64,000 bases of DNA from Mobula hypostoma. Lineage: Eukaryota. Shown piece after piece: positions 1 through 12,540 of this stretch. A program made the position numbers and the translations under genes. Each line of letters opens with the position of its first letter. Positions within the stretch are counted from its first letter, which is position 1. Location of the stretch: positions 30,754,001 through 30,818,000 of the forward strand of contig NC_086109.1 in NCBI RefSeq assembly GCF_963921235.1, given 5' to 3'. Below the pieces are notes generated by a model that saw only the letters and a program-made list of their open reading frames with translations, was not told the DNA's origin and searched no databases.

Positions 1-1339
1 TTGCGGTTAAACTGAGATGCAAATACAACGATCAGAGTAAGGGGAAAGAAATGGTAAGATGAAAGCTTATGATAGTAAACACAGCAGAGTGAGTTAGGCA
101 TTGCAGTTTCAGGTTTAACTGTCAGGTGCTTCAAAAAATAACTTTGTGTCAAAATCTGTCCATGGTCAAAGAATCTGGACCTGAGGACCAAAGGATTAAC
201 TTGATATTAGGAAGTATTACAGAATTATTAATGTTAGCTGTGCAGGAACAGCTCAAATAATTCCACCAAAATAGAAAGTAACTTGATTTCTTCCTGTTAT
301 CTTAAATAACCTGAATTGTCAACACTGAGATTATCTACACAGGATAATCTATCAAACTATTGTTACAAAATAGAACGATCAATAAGAAACTCTCTCATTT
401 GTATAGCATTTTTACCTCACTTACAGTTTTTCAAAACTCACTTTATTGAAGTACCTTCCACATTGTAATGCAGGAGATCAAACAGTCAATTTATGTTCTG
501 CAAGCTCTCACAAGCATACATACAAGATGATTTTATTTTTACTGATGATTACACACTAAATTTTGGCCAAGCCACTGGGGATAATTTCTCTGCTTTGTTT
601 TTCCCAATTATTACACTAGGTTCTTATTTGGCTCTAAGGAAACTCAGATCATTCAGCATCAAGGCTCAACAGGTGATTATCACAGTTTCTTTCCAATCAT
701 CATAGCCCTGTTCCACACTCTCTGTCAACTCAGTGTGGTCCATTTTCCTTTAAGCCTAACTAGTTCTCTGGAGAATTTCTTGAACTCTTGTGTAGAACCT
801 AAGAAAAAAGTGAATTAGAGGATTGTTGGTGTATTAATAGAATTAACATCCAATACACTAAAAATAATACCAATGCAGCACCACCAAGTATACTCAATGT
901 GTCAGATCATTGGAGTTTTTCTGTGAATGGGATCTTTTGGACAATATTTCAAGTTTATTGTCATTCAACCATATACATGTATACTGTCAAACAAGACAAC
1001 GTTCTGTCATGGTCCTGACTGTACAGCAGCAAGCATCCAAGTTTCCACGCTCCACTCTCCCAGAGAATGGTTAGCTGCTGCTGGCTCTTTAAGACTCAGA
1101 CTGCCTGTTATTGCCTGCCATAACCCATCATGGAAGGTCTGTACTTAAAGGCCTTGTGCTGAGCACTCAGTGCTCAATCATATGAGTTCCACTTCTAGTA
1201 CTACTGTTTGTGATTTCGCCTTTGGATTCCATTTGTGTCATCCTGCTTATTTCGAATCTGAGTCTCTGTTAATTCTAGACCTTATTCTGTCTTGGATTCA
1301 CCACCATCCATTGTTTAATGTTCCTCCAGACCAAGGTGC

Positions 1340-1680
1340 ACAACACATGCAGTGTAACTCACACACATAACACATAAAGTAATATTACCACAAATAAATT
1401 AACAATTAATACAGTACATATGTGATACAAGTTAAAAAATAGACAGTATAAAGCAATTGGCGCTTCATAGGTGATGAGACCTTGTGGCGGTGGGAAGTTC
1501 TCTAGTCTGATGGCCTGAGGGAACAAGTTGTTTCCTATCCTAACAGTTTTTGTCCTAATGTTATGGTACCTCCTACCTAATGGTAGGGGGTCAAAGAAAC
1601 TGTTGGACAAATGGGAGGGATCACTGAAAATGCTCAGGGTTCTACGTATGCGGCACTCCTAATGAATATTTCTAATGGGA
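1340..1680 (-). mobile_element. Rex1/Babar-type LINE, 3' fragment (degenerate)
   Basis: ORF 1359..1610 reads FDPLPLGRRYHNIRTKTVRIGNNLFPQAIRLEN, matching the Rex1/Babar C-terminal motif LPSGRR..S.RT.T.R..NSFFP.AIRLLN; similar to the copy at 50880-51404. Confidence 0.7.
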
Positions 1681-2319
1681 ATAAATTATGAAGTATGCTG
1701 GTTTGTCATAATAACATTCAATTTTAAATAGCAGGTATTGAAATTTAAAATAATGCAAGACTCCAGATTACTGATGTTAGAATAATCTTTCTTCATCCTT
1801 TTTAAAGCAGCAATTGCCTCACATCTGCATGCTCAGTGTATTAATACAGTGAGATGCTGTGATGACAACTAGTTTTACAACAGAACTTAATGGGCAGCTT
1901 GATTTAATATGGCCCATGGTTTTGAATTCATGATGACATTTGCTGTTTGCGCCAACCCTTACCTTTCATTGTTGATCTTGCCATCCAAGAGCACTGAGTT
2001 AGATTTTGTGTTTAGCCATTGCATTTGAGGAAGGTTGAAGCCAGGGCCCACCAATGATAAGGTGCTTGTTCCCTGTATTGAGTATTTACCATTCCTCTGG
2101 GTAATAAGTATATGGCCAAACGTTGGCTGCTGTTTCCCAGAATGGCCAGTGAGATTATAAAATCTTTGGTGATGATTTTTCCAAATCTTTGTAACTGAGG
2201 AAATTGAAGTTGCCCCTTAGTTTGAATATTAGTTAATGAAGGCCAGTGCATGAAAATAGTGAACATTTGATGTTAATCATGGGGAAACAATATTGAACTT
2301 AGTTGTTGGGGAGACTCTT

Positions 2320-2540
2320 TATCACTTAATTATGGATGTGCTCACACAGAGAGTGGTGCATACTGCATATTGGACAAGCTGCCGAGGAAGTAGTGGATGT
2401 AGACAGATATGTACATTTATGCATAAGATATTTGCACAAGTACATGGATGGGAAAGGTTTAGAGGGATGTGGATGAAATGCTGGCAAATTGGACTGGCTA
2501 AGATGCTGGTCAGTATGGTTGAGTGTGACTGAAATAACTG
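2320..2540 (+). mobile_element. CR1 LINE 3' remnant (old)
   Basis: Degenerate CR1 ORF2 end and 3' UTR (cacagagagtggtg...ctgcc...gtagtgga...tacatggatggg...gagggat); resembles 31590-31820. Confidence 0.45.
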
Positions 2541-3098
2541 CTCCTGTGGCATATTAGTTTGGACTCTGCTGAGATTCACAACCATTCTGGGTAAAATAAA
2601 GACATTGTTACAAAGCAATTCTAAAGATTGAGATTAATATAACCAGTACATTTCATTTTTGTGAAAGATAAATGTTGTTTTGTGGTGTTTATTTTCCCTT
2701 TAGTAATTTTCAGGAAATGGACATCACTGACAATTCCAGAATTTGTTGCCCACTCTAATTCCTTTTGAGAAGATGATGGTGATCTGATTTCACCTTTACA
2801 CTAGTTGTTGTTAGGGGCAGATCATTTGAGGATTTAGACCCAGCTATGATGTAGAACATGTGAATAGTTTCAAATCAGGATGGTATGTAACTTGGAAGGG
2901 AACCAGCAGGTGATGGTACTCCTTTCCACCTGCTCCCATTGCTCATCTTGGTGGTAGAAGTCAAGGGTTTGAAAGGTGCTACTGGAGTAGCCAGCATGAG
3001 TAATTGAGTGCATTTTGTATTTGATGCACATTACAGCAGCTGTGAGCCCATTCTGGAGGGAATGAATGCTTAGGATGGTTGTTCGGGTACAAATCAAC

Positions 3099-4211
3099 CA
3101 TTCCAGGACGAAGGAGATGTCCTCCTTTTTTAGAGTCATTCCAGGACAAGGAAGATGTCCTCTTTTTTTAAAGAAAGGGGCTTCCCTTCCTCCAACATCA
3201 ACTCTGCTCTCAAATGCATCTCCCCCATTTCACACGCATCTGCTCTCACTCCATCCTCCCGCCACCCCACCAGAAATAGGGTTCCCCTTGTCCTCACCTA
3301 CCACCTCACCAGCCTCCAGGTCCAACATATAATTCTCCGTAACTTCCGCCACCTCCAACGGGATCCCACTACTAAGCACATCTTTCCCTCCTCCCCCTCT
3401 CTGCTTTCTGCAGGGATTGCTCCCTACGCGACTCCCCTGTCCATTCGTCCCCCCTATCCCTCCCCACCGATCTCCCTCCTGGCACTTATCCTTGTAAGCA
3501 GAACAAGTGCTACACATGCCCTTACACTTCCTCCCTCACTCCCATTCAGGGCCCAAGACAGTCCTTCCAAGTGAGGCGACACTTCACCTGTGAGTCAGCT
3601 GGGGTGCTATACTGCGTCCGGTGCTCCCGATGTGGCCTTCTACATATTGGTGAGACCTGACGCAGTCTGGGAGACCGTTTCGCTGAACACCTACGCTCTG
3701 CCTGCCAGAGAAAGCAGGATCTCCCAGTGGCCACACATTTTAATTCCACGTCCCATTCCCATTCTGATATGTCTATCCACGGCCTCCTCTACTGTAAAGA
3801 TGAAGCCACACTCAGGTTGGAGGAACAACACCTTATATTCTGTCTGAGTAGCCTCCAACCTGATGGCATGAACATTGATTTCTCAATCTTCCGCTAATGC
3901 CCCACCTCCCCCTCGTACCCCATCTGTTATTTATTTATATACACACATTCTTTTTCTCTCTCTCCTTTTTATCCCTCTGTCCTCCTCACTATACCCCTTG
4001 CCCACCCTCTGGTTTTCCCCCCTCCCCCTTCTCTTTCTCCCTAGGCCTCCTGTCCCATGACCCTCTCATATCCCTTTTGCCAATCAACTGTCCAGCTCTT
4101 GGCTCCATCCCTCCCCCTCCAGTCTTCTCCTATCATTTTGGATCTCCCCCTCCCCCTCCCATTTTCAAATCCCTTACTAGCTCTTCTTTCAATTAGTCCT
4201 GACGAAGGGTC
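3099..4211 (+). mobile_element. Penelope-like element (GIY-YIG), 5'-truncated; left part, interrupted by CR1
   Basis: Frameshifted ORFs give MSSFFKERGFPS..RNRVPLVLTYH, then C..C and a GIY-YIG-type segment (VLYCVRCSRCGLLHIGET), highly similar to 18172-19610. A pyrimidine-rich 3' UTR ends in the first half of a hammerhead (agtcCTGACGAagggtc). Confidence 0.9.
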
Positions 4212-7200
4212 CATTAGACCATAAGACAAAGGAGCAGAAGTAGGCCATTTGGCCCATCGAGTCTGCTCTGCCATTTTATCATGAGCTGATCATTTTATCC
4301 TGTTTAGTCCCACTGCCCCGCCTTCTCACCATAACCTTTGATGCCCTGGCTACTCAGATACCTATCAATCTCTGCCTTAAATACACCCAATGACTTGGCC
4401 TCCACTGCTGCCCGTTGTAACAAATTTCATAGATTCACCACACTCTGACTAAAATAATTTCTTCGCATTTCTGTTCTGAAAGGGCGCCCTTCAATCCTGA
4501 AGTCATGCCCTCTCGTACTAGACTCCCCCATCATGGGAAACAACTTTGCCACATTCACTCTGTCCATGCCTTTTAACATTCGAAATGTTTCTATGAGGTC
4601 TCCCCTCATTCTTCTAAAGTCCAAGGAATACAGTCCAAGAGCGGACAAACGTTCCTCATATGTTAACCCTCTCATTCCCAGAATCATTCTAGTGAATCTT
4701 CTCTGTACCCTCTCCAATGTCAACACATCCTTTCTTAAATAAGGAGACCAAAACTGCCCACAGTACTCCAAGTGAGGTCTCACCAGCGCCTTATAGAGCC
4801 TCAACATCACATCCCTGCTCCTATACTCTATTCCTCTAGAAATGAATGCCAACATTGCATTCACCTTCTTCACTACTGACTGAACCTGGAGGTTAACTTT
4901 AAGGGAATCCTGTAGGAGGACTCCCAAGTCCCATTGCATCTCAGAACTTTGAATTCTTTCCCCATTTAAATAATAGTCTGCCCGTTTATTTTTTCTGCCA
5001 AAGTGCATAACCATACACTTTCCAACATTGTACTTCATTTGCCACTTCTCTGCCCATTCTTCCAATCTACCCAAGTCTCTCTGTAGACTCTCCGTTTCCT
5101 CAGCACTACCGGCCCCTCCACCTATCTTCGTATCGTCAGCAAACTTAGCCACAAAGCCATCTATTCCATAATCCAAATCGTTGATGTACAATGTAAAAAG
5201 AAGCGGCCCCAACACTGATCCCTGTGGAAAACCACTGGTAACCGGCAGCCAACCAGAATAGGATCCTTTTATTCTCACTCTCTGTTTCCTGCCAATCAGC
5301 CAATGCTCTATCCACGTATGTACCTTTCCTGTAATTCCATGGGCTCTTATCTTGTTAAGTAGCCTCATGTGTGGCACCTTGTCAAAAGCCTTCTGAAAAT
5401 CCAAATATACAACATCCACTGCATCTCCCTTGTCTAGTCTACTGGTAATTTCCTCAAAAAATTGTAATAGGTTTGTCAGGCAGGATTTTCCTTTAAGGAA
5501 TCCATGCTGAGTTCTGCCTATCTTGTCATATGCCTCCAGGTACTCTGTAACCTCATCCTTGACAATCGACTCCAACAATTTCCCAAACACCGACGTCAAG
5601 CTAACAGGTCTATAATTTCCTTTTTGCTACCTTGCCCCCTTCTTAAATAGCGGAGTGACATTTGCAATCTTCCAGTCTTCCGGAACCATGCCAGAATCTA
5701 TCGACTTTTGAAAGATCATCGCTAATGTCTCCACAATCTCCACAGCTACTTCCTTCAGAACACGAGGGTGCATTCCATCTGGTCCAGGAGATTTATCGAC
5801 CTTTAGCCTATTCAGCTTCCTGAGTACTTTCTCTGTCGCAATTGTGACTGCGCACACTTCTCTTCCCTGCCACCCTTGAGTGTCCGGTATCCTGCTGTCT
5901 TCCTCAGTGAAGACTGATGCAAAATACTTGTTCATTTCCTCTGCCATCTCCTCATCTCCCATTACAATTTCTCCAGTATCATTTTCTATCGGTCCTATAT
6001 CTACTCTCACCTGTCTTTTACTCTTTATATACTTGAAAAAGCTTTTAGTATCCTCTTTGATATTATTTGCTAGTTTCTTTTCATAGTTAATCTTTTCTCT
6101 CTTAATGACCTTTTTGGTTTCCTTTTGTAAGGTTTTAAAAACTTCCCAATCTTCTGTCTTCCCACTAATTTTTGCTTCCTTGTATGCCCTCTCCTCTGCT
6201 TTAACTTTAGCTTTGACTTCTCTTGTCAACCACAGTTGCATCCTTTTTCCACTCGAAAATTTCTTCTTTCTTGGAATATACCTGTCTTGCACATTCCTCA
6301 TTTCTCGCATCAACTCCAGCCACTGCTGCTCTCCCATCTTTCCCGCCAGTGTCCCTTTCCAGTCAACTTTGGCCAGTTCCTCTCTCATGCAACTGTAATT
6401 TCCTTTATTCCACTGAAACACCGACACATCAGATTTCGGCTTCTCTTTTTCTAATTTCACAGTGAACTCAATCATGTTATGATCACTGCCTCCTAAGGGT
6501 TCCTTCACCTCAATCTCTCCAATCACCTCCGGTTCATTACACAATACCCAATCCAGTACAGCCGATCCCCTAGTGGGCTCAACAACAAACTGTTCTAAAA
6601 AGCCATCTCGCAGACATTCTACAAATTCTCTCTCTTGAGATCCAGTGCCGACCTGATTTTTCCAATCTACTCGCATGTTAAAATCCCCCACAATTATCAT
6701 AACACTGCTCTTCTGACAAGCCTTTTCTATTTCCGGTTGTAATTTGTAGTCCACATCCCCGCAGCTGTTTGGAGGCCTGTATATAACTGCCATCAGGGTC
6801 CTTTTACCCCTGCTATTCCTTAGCTCAACCCATAAAGATTCTGCACCTTCCGATCCTATATCACCTCTTTCTAATGATTTAATATCATTTCTTACCAATA
6901 AAGCCATGCCTCCCCCTCTGCCTACCTTCCTATCCTTCCGATACACCGTGTATCCTTGGACGTTCAGCTCCCAGAGACATGCATCCTTTAGCCAGGTCTC
7001 AGTGATGACCACAATATCATACCTGCCAATCTGTAGCTGTACAACAAGATCATCCACCTTATTCCTTATGCTGCGTGCATTTAAGTACAACACCTTAAGA
7101 CCAGTATTTGATACTTTTTGCTTTGATTTCACTGCAACTTTATTGCACTGCACTTCCCAATGGCTACACATTTGCCCCATCACCTGCCTGTCTTTCCTGA

Positions 7201-7345
7201 CATCTTTACTGCTCACTATCTTAGATTTATTTCTGTTTTCCCCTTCCTCCGCTCTATCATTCCGGTTCCCATCTCCCTGCCAAATTAGTTTAAACCCTCC
7301 CTAACAGCTCTATTAAACTTTCCCGCCAGGATATTGGTCCCCTTC
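4212..7345 (-). mobile_element. Young CR1 LINE, 5'-truncated near the end of ORF1
   Basis: The 3' end has a (tcttatgg)-type tandem tail at 4212-4226. ORF2 encodes APE endonuclease and RT. The 5' end retains an ORF1 C-terminus (GTNILAGKFNRAVREGLN*). Flanked by GGGTC at 4207-4211 and 7346-7350. Confidence 0.95.
4304..7216 (-). pseudogene. CR1 ORF2 (APE endonuclease + reverse transcriptase) with two in-frame nonsense codons
   Basis: ORFs 5627..7216 (LNARS, ITETW, YRPP, GDFN, SDH) and 4427..5599 (YLDFQKAFDKV, PQGSVLGP, FADD) share one frame. They are separated only by a TAG at 5627-5629; a TGA at 4427-4429 replaces the expected Trp, and the frame continues to TAA at 4304-4306. Confidence 0.9.
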
Positions 7346-7465
7346 GGGTCTCGACCTGAAACGTCGACTGTACCTCTTCCTAGAGATGCTGCCCGGCCTG
7401 CTGCGTTTACCAGCAACTATGATGTGTGTTGCGTGAAATTTCAGCATCTGCAGATTTCCTTCTGT
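7346..7465 (+). mobile_element. Penelope-like element 3' terminus (right part of the 3099-4211 copy)
   Basis: gggtctcgacctGAAACGTCgactgtacctcttcctagagatgctg...cagcatctgcagatttcc continues exactly where 4211 stops, judged against the uninterrupted copy at 52803-52945. Confidence 0.9.
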
Positions 7466-7664
7466 TCGAGACTGCTTTGTTTCATTTGATGCCTATTAAC
7501 TAGGGCATTTTGGTTGCACCAAATCGTCACTGTCACCTCACCTCTGAAATTAAGCTCTTTTTAAAGCTGTGATGGGGTCTGGATCAGAGTGGTCCTGGTA
7601 AATCCGAACGAAGGCATCAGTGAATAAGTTATTGGTCAGTAGCTGCTACTTGCAGAAGACACAG

Positions 7665-8130
7665 TGTAACACATAAAATGCCAGACAAACTCAGCAGGTC
7701 AAGCAGCATCTGTGGAGAGGAAGAAATAGTCAATATTTTGGGCCAAGACCCCTCATCAGGACTGGAAAGGAAGAAGCCAAAATAAGAAGTGGGTCAGAAG
7801 AGAAGGTGATAGGTGAATCCAGATGAGGGGAAAGTGGATGAAGTGAGAAGCTAGGAGATGACAGATGGAAAATATTAAGGGCTGAAGAAGAAGGAATCTG
7901 ATAAGAGAGGATAGTGGACCATGGGAGAAAGGGAAGTAAGAAGGGGCACTAAAGGGAGGTGATGGGCAGGTGAGGAAAAGGTCTGAAAGGGGAGCCAGAG
8001 GGGGAAACGGGAAAATAATAGGAGAAGAGGAATGGGAAGGGGGAGGGAAGAACAGAAATTACCAGATGATAGAGAAATCAATGTTCATGCTGTTGGTTTG
8101 GAAATTACGCAGAAAGAATATGAGGTGTTG
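7665..8130 (-). mobile_element. Penelope-like 3' UTR fragment with decayed hammerhead
   Basis: The reverse complement of about 7728-7765 reads cagtcCTGATGAggggtcttggcccaaaatattgact; followed by the purine-rich tract and gagaaatcaatgttcatgc shared with other copies. Confidence 0.7.
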
Positions 8131-8359
8131 TAGAAAACACAGTACTGCTGATTCATCATGTACAGTCTGGACAGTAGTTAGCGGGATTGGATTCGACCTG
8201 CTTTTTTTCTGAACAGAATAGAACTGTGCAATTTTCCACTTCAGAAGTTCAAAGTATGTAGACTTTATACAATTTGAAACTTGTCTTCTTACAGTCAAGT
8301 GGTTCCCCATTTTGTAACTATGCTGGAACAACTTAGAGGCACAGCTAAATCATAACGAC

Positions 8360-9480
8360 TGACATGATGTTATCTGGTCCCATTGCCTTTGCTGTGCACT
8401 CAGCCGTTTCTTGGTATCACATGGAATAAATTGAAATGGGTGGAAGCAGGCTTCTCGTTTAGCAGGGATCTCCAGAGGAAATGAAAGAATCTTCTAATCA
8501 GCAGTCCTGGTTTTAACATTTTTGCAAATGCTTCAACCTTGTGTTTTAGCATTCATATGCTGGCACTGCCGACATTGAGGATAAAAATGTTCTTGGAGCA
8601 TCTTTCCACTTGCTATTTAGTAGTACACCAACGTTCACAATGAAATATCAGTGAACTCTGGAGCTTTGATCTGGTCTGCCGGTTGTGAAATTATTGATAC
8701 GTTATGTTTGTATCTTTTCTGGGCTAGCATCTTGTCATTTTTCAGTATGCCTGATGTTGCTCCTGTTTGCACTCTCAAATGAACCTTGGTGCATCCTCCC
8801 ACTTTATTGTAAAGGGAATTAAGGAATATATGTTTTTCCTTCTGCTGGTAGTCCACAGTGCTTCATGGATGTTTAATTTTAAGACAAAGTTTCTGCTCTG
8901 AATCTAACCAATTTAGCACATTTGAGGTACCACACAGCACAATAAAGGGCATCCATGGTTTTGTGGAACGATAAATCTACTAAATGCTACAGACTCAGAG
9001 CATCTTGGCAGATGAGACACTGTCACCACAAAGACTGCCACCAGTGCTTTCATAGACCTTGGGTGAAGAAGAAATCAGGGACATTTTATCTTTCCTGTTG
9101 TTTTAACAGACTCAATCTGAAAAAGGTGTCCTTCAGGCTCAGACATCTTAGCCAATGTTGTTGCTTTGTTGCCTCTTGGTGCTGGGCATTTGAAGCTCCC
9201 ACCCAGAGTATATTCTGTGCCCTTGCTGCTTTCGTGTGATGTTCATTATGCTTCAGCAGTGGATTTTCTCAATGGCATGAGACTTCATACAGTCTGGAGA
9301 CAATGTTGAAGACTCCAAGAGCTATTCCCTCTTGTCTGTGCCAATATTCCCTGACAGGGTTGTCATGTTAATGAACAAGGCATACCCAGGGAATGTGATG
9401 GAGCTCCTGACACATTGTCTGGAAGATATGATTCTGTGAGTATGCCATTGCCATCCTATTGCCTATAATAGTGATACCCT
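8360..9480 (-). mobile_element. Ancient CR1-like LINE remnant
   Basis: Highly degenerate, no long ORF; patchy similarity to EN/RT-linker sequence (minus strand K-A-M-G-P-D-N-I near 8370-8395). Confidence 0.4.
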
Positions 9481-10214
9481 CATGTCATCAGAAAAGCACA
9501 GATTTAAGCTCTTTAATTTTAGAAATGCAGGGGTGAATTTTACTCTACTTGTCACATAGAACCTGCCTAGCTTTACGCTCCATTGAAGTCAGTAAGACTA
9601 AAATAAAGCATAGTGTATACACCAATTCCATTTTCTTTGTGCTGAGCACATTGGGTTATGCATCCCTCCTGGGATTTGATGAGCATTTTATTTTCCTGTC
9701 ATCAACAATGTGGCTTCCCATTTTGAATTAAAAGCAGAAATCCTCTATAACACACCCAGGGAAGTACTTTTTTTTAAACTGCTCGCTTTGCTAATAAAAA
9801 TTCTCCCTTTTAGTTTTGTAAATAATTAGAAAACTACACTTATTTTGTTCCAGATCTATAAAAACCAACTTATTCATACAGAGAAACGCAAACAATAGCA
9901 TACCTTGGGGATATTATTCTCATTGAATCAGGTAAAGAAAAATACACAAGAGGGTAGGTGTTATTTAGAAAGCTTTAGCTGACAACATATACTTACAAGA
10001 TAAAAATAGTAAGCAATTAAAAGCATTATAGTTATATATTGTAATGTGATATTTAATCAGTTCAACAGCACTAAACTTAAACAGCAATACTGCAATGTTG
10101 TCAGTTGTAGCTCTGCTGGTAGCACCTCTGTTCCTGAGTTGGGAAGAAGGTACAAAACATACTGGAGAAACTTGGGCTCAAAATTGCTAGTGCAGTTTCA
10201 GAATGGTAGACGGT

Positions 10215-10249
10215 GTCCTGACGAAGGGTCTCGGCCCGAAACGTCGACT
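10215..10249 (+). ncRNA. Minimal type I hammerhead ribozyme motif (PLE-type), intact core
   Basis: gtc-CTGACGA-a-GGGT-ctcg-GCCC-GAAA-CG-TC-gac: stem I gtc/gac, stem II GGGT/GCCC, palindromic ACGT in place of stem III, GUC cleavage triplet. Confidence 0.8.
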
Positions 10250-10310
10250 GTACCTCTTCCCAGAGATGCTGCCTGGCCTGCTGCGTTCACCAGCAACTTT
10301 GATGTGTGTT
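10217..10310 (+). mobile_element. Solo ~95-bp Penelope-like terminal fragment
   Basis: Near-identical to 52807-52901; flanked by acggtgt (10210-10216) and acgatgt (10311-10317), a possible TSD with one mismatch. Confidence 0.8.
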
Positions 10311-10529
10311 ACGATGTGGTGGTGTTGGGTGGGAGCAGAGTGCTTGATTTACCCCAACCTCAGAGGTCTACCAGGCACTGCATTTGTGAAGACATTATTT
10401 CATCCATCATTTCAGTGAGGAACAGGACTTGCTGGCATCTTGCAAGTACAGGCATTCATTCACAGAAAGCCCATAAGGGCTTTGATTACTTACACCAAGT
10501 ATTTCTTCAATAGGATAAGTTCTGGTGGC

Positions 10530-11050
10530 TGTGAATCATGAACAATCAAATAATGGTCAACATGATATTCCCAGAAGGTCCTATGGTACCCTTGTCCTCA
10601 GAGAGGTAGAATTGCCTTACATTTTTTCTGTTTAGCACTGCCCACAGGATGGACCTTAAAGCACGCGGGCTGTTTTCTGTTTCTCTGCCTGCTTGCCCTT
10701 TTGGATTCTCCAACCAAAGAAGAGGATTCAAATAGCAATTGTGCAAATAAGATCAATGACATGAATATCCAGGTCCCTTTCACTAAATTCATAAACTTTC
10801 CCTTCTACGTGGCATGCACCATGTATGCTGTTGCTGTTTGGCTGATGTGGAGAAGATGAACAACTTCCGTAGACTGGTGCACAGCAAGGTGATGGAGGCC
10901 GTGTTCAACAGAGTGAGATCCTGTTGGAAAATACATCGACCTCACTTTAGCACACAGTTCTGGGTGAAAACTACTTGGCAGATTTTGCATTGCTCTGTGG
11001 GAGAACCAAAGCAATGCCAGTGCTAGATACGATAATGCTTTAGCACACCG
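10530..11050 (+). mobile_element. Possible ancient L1/Tx1-like ORF2 C-terminal remnant
   Basis: Short peptides LKARGLFSVSLPACPFG and FRRLVHSKV resemble the Cys-rich tail of Tx1-like ORF2; very degenerate. Confidence 0.25.
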
Positions 11051-12008
11051 AACTAGACAAAAAAAAACAATGGTTTTGATCCATAGCACATAAATTTCTT
11101 ATTTTTTAGAATAATTCCAACTTTAATGTTTGTGATTTATTGCTATTTTAGCAGAGTATTACCACAGTTGTGGAGATATAATTTCAGCTAATTATTTATA
11201 ACAACTTCACAGTCTCAATATTTGCAATATAATAACAATTGATGATCCATTACACTACTAGTTTGCTTCGCATGAATTTTCTAAAACCCTTCTTTGGAAA
11301 GAAATTCCATTATACTGTTAAAATGATTAATGGTTTTCTTAAATAAATGCATCAACTTATACCTCAGAAAGCCATATACTACAGAGTTTTGTTCCATAAG
11401 TTAAATTAAAATAATCCACTTAAAATGCCTTGAATTAATATTGCTTTTATTATTTATAAGGAACAAACTTCATCTTCACAGGGATTAAAGTCCATTTACC
11501 TCTTTAGTATAATAGAAGCACATTATCTATTAATATACTTTTTGAATTTAATTTATACCTCCTCATGCTAAAATGTAAATTGCCATCTGATGTTAAATAT
11601 GAGTGCTTAGGACTATATGGAAGGTAAACTTGTTACCGATCTCTTAGCGATAACTATAATTCAGCTCTGGTCTTGGATGCAATGTTTAAGATGACTTCTT
11701 CCACCTTGAAAACTGAAAACAGCAGTTAAACAACTGGGACAAAAATAAGAGCATAAAAATTAGCTGCAGGAGTAACTGTATAAATCTTTCAGCCTGCTTT
11801 GAATTCAATAAGATCAGCAGATCTGACCTTTGGCTTCAGCTAAGATTGAGAAGCTTGACACATAGTTGTGCTTTGTATTATCGAAAGCACCAAAAACTCT
11901 GCTTGGAGATCCTTTACCGAGTCTGAGGAGACTCTTGTGTGAAGGATGGTACTAATCTGGTTTACCTTTGTATCATGCCGAGGAAATGAATGCCTTAGTA
12001 AACATGTA

Positions 12009-12540
12009 CAAGGGGTGATTGATAAGTTTGTGGCCTGAGGTAGAAGGAGTCAATTTTAGAAAATCTGGCACATTTATTTTTCAACATAGTCCCCTCCTAC
12101 ATTTAGACACTTAGTCCAAAGGTCATGGAGCATACGGATCCCTTCTTTGTAGAAGTCGGCATCTTGGACCTCCAGAAAGTGGTCCACAGTGGGGGGGGGG
12201 GGGAGATTGATAAGTTCGTGGCCTAAGGTAGAAGGAGATGAGTTATACAGCTCTCGTTACATGCACGTGTAGTTCAACTCTTTGAGTGATTATGCAGAAA
12301 GTTTGAAGTTAATAACTCATCTCCTTCTACCTTAGGCCACAAACTTATCAATCACGCCTGCTGTGGACCACTTTCTGGAGGTCCAAGACGCCGATTTCTA
12401 CGAAGAAGGGACCATATGCTCCATGACTGCTGGACTAAATGTGTAAATATAGGAGGAGACTATGCTGAAAAATAAATGTGCTAGGTTTTCTAAAATTGAC
12501 TCCTTCTACCTTAGACCACAAACTTATCAATCACCCCTCT
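12009..12540. mobile_element. Mariner-type MITE, near-palindromic
   Basis: TIR caaggggtgattgataagtttgtggcc / gaccacaaacttatcaatcacccctct with TA on both sides (12007-12008, 12541-12542); arms pair over about 230 bp. Confidence 0.9.

Noticed and set aside
3897..4196. Repeated hydrophobic ORF MPHLPLVPHLLFIYIH (also within 52006..52488)
   Set aside because: Translation of the pyrimidine-rich PLE 3' UTR, not a gene family.
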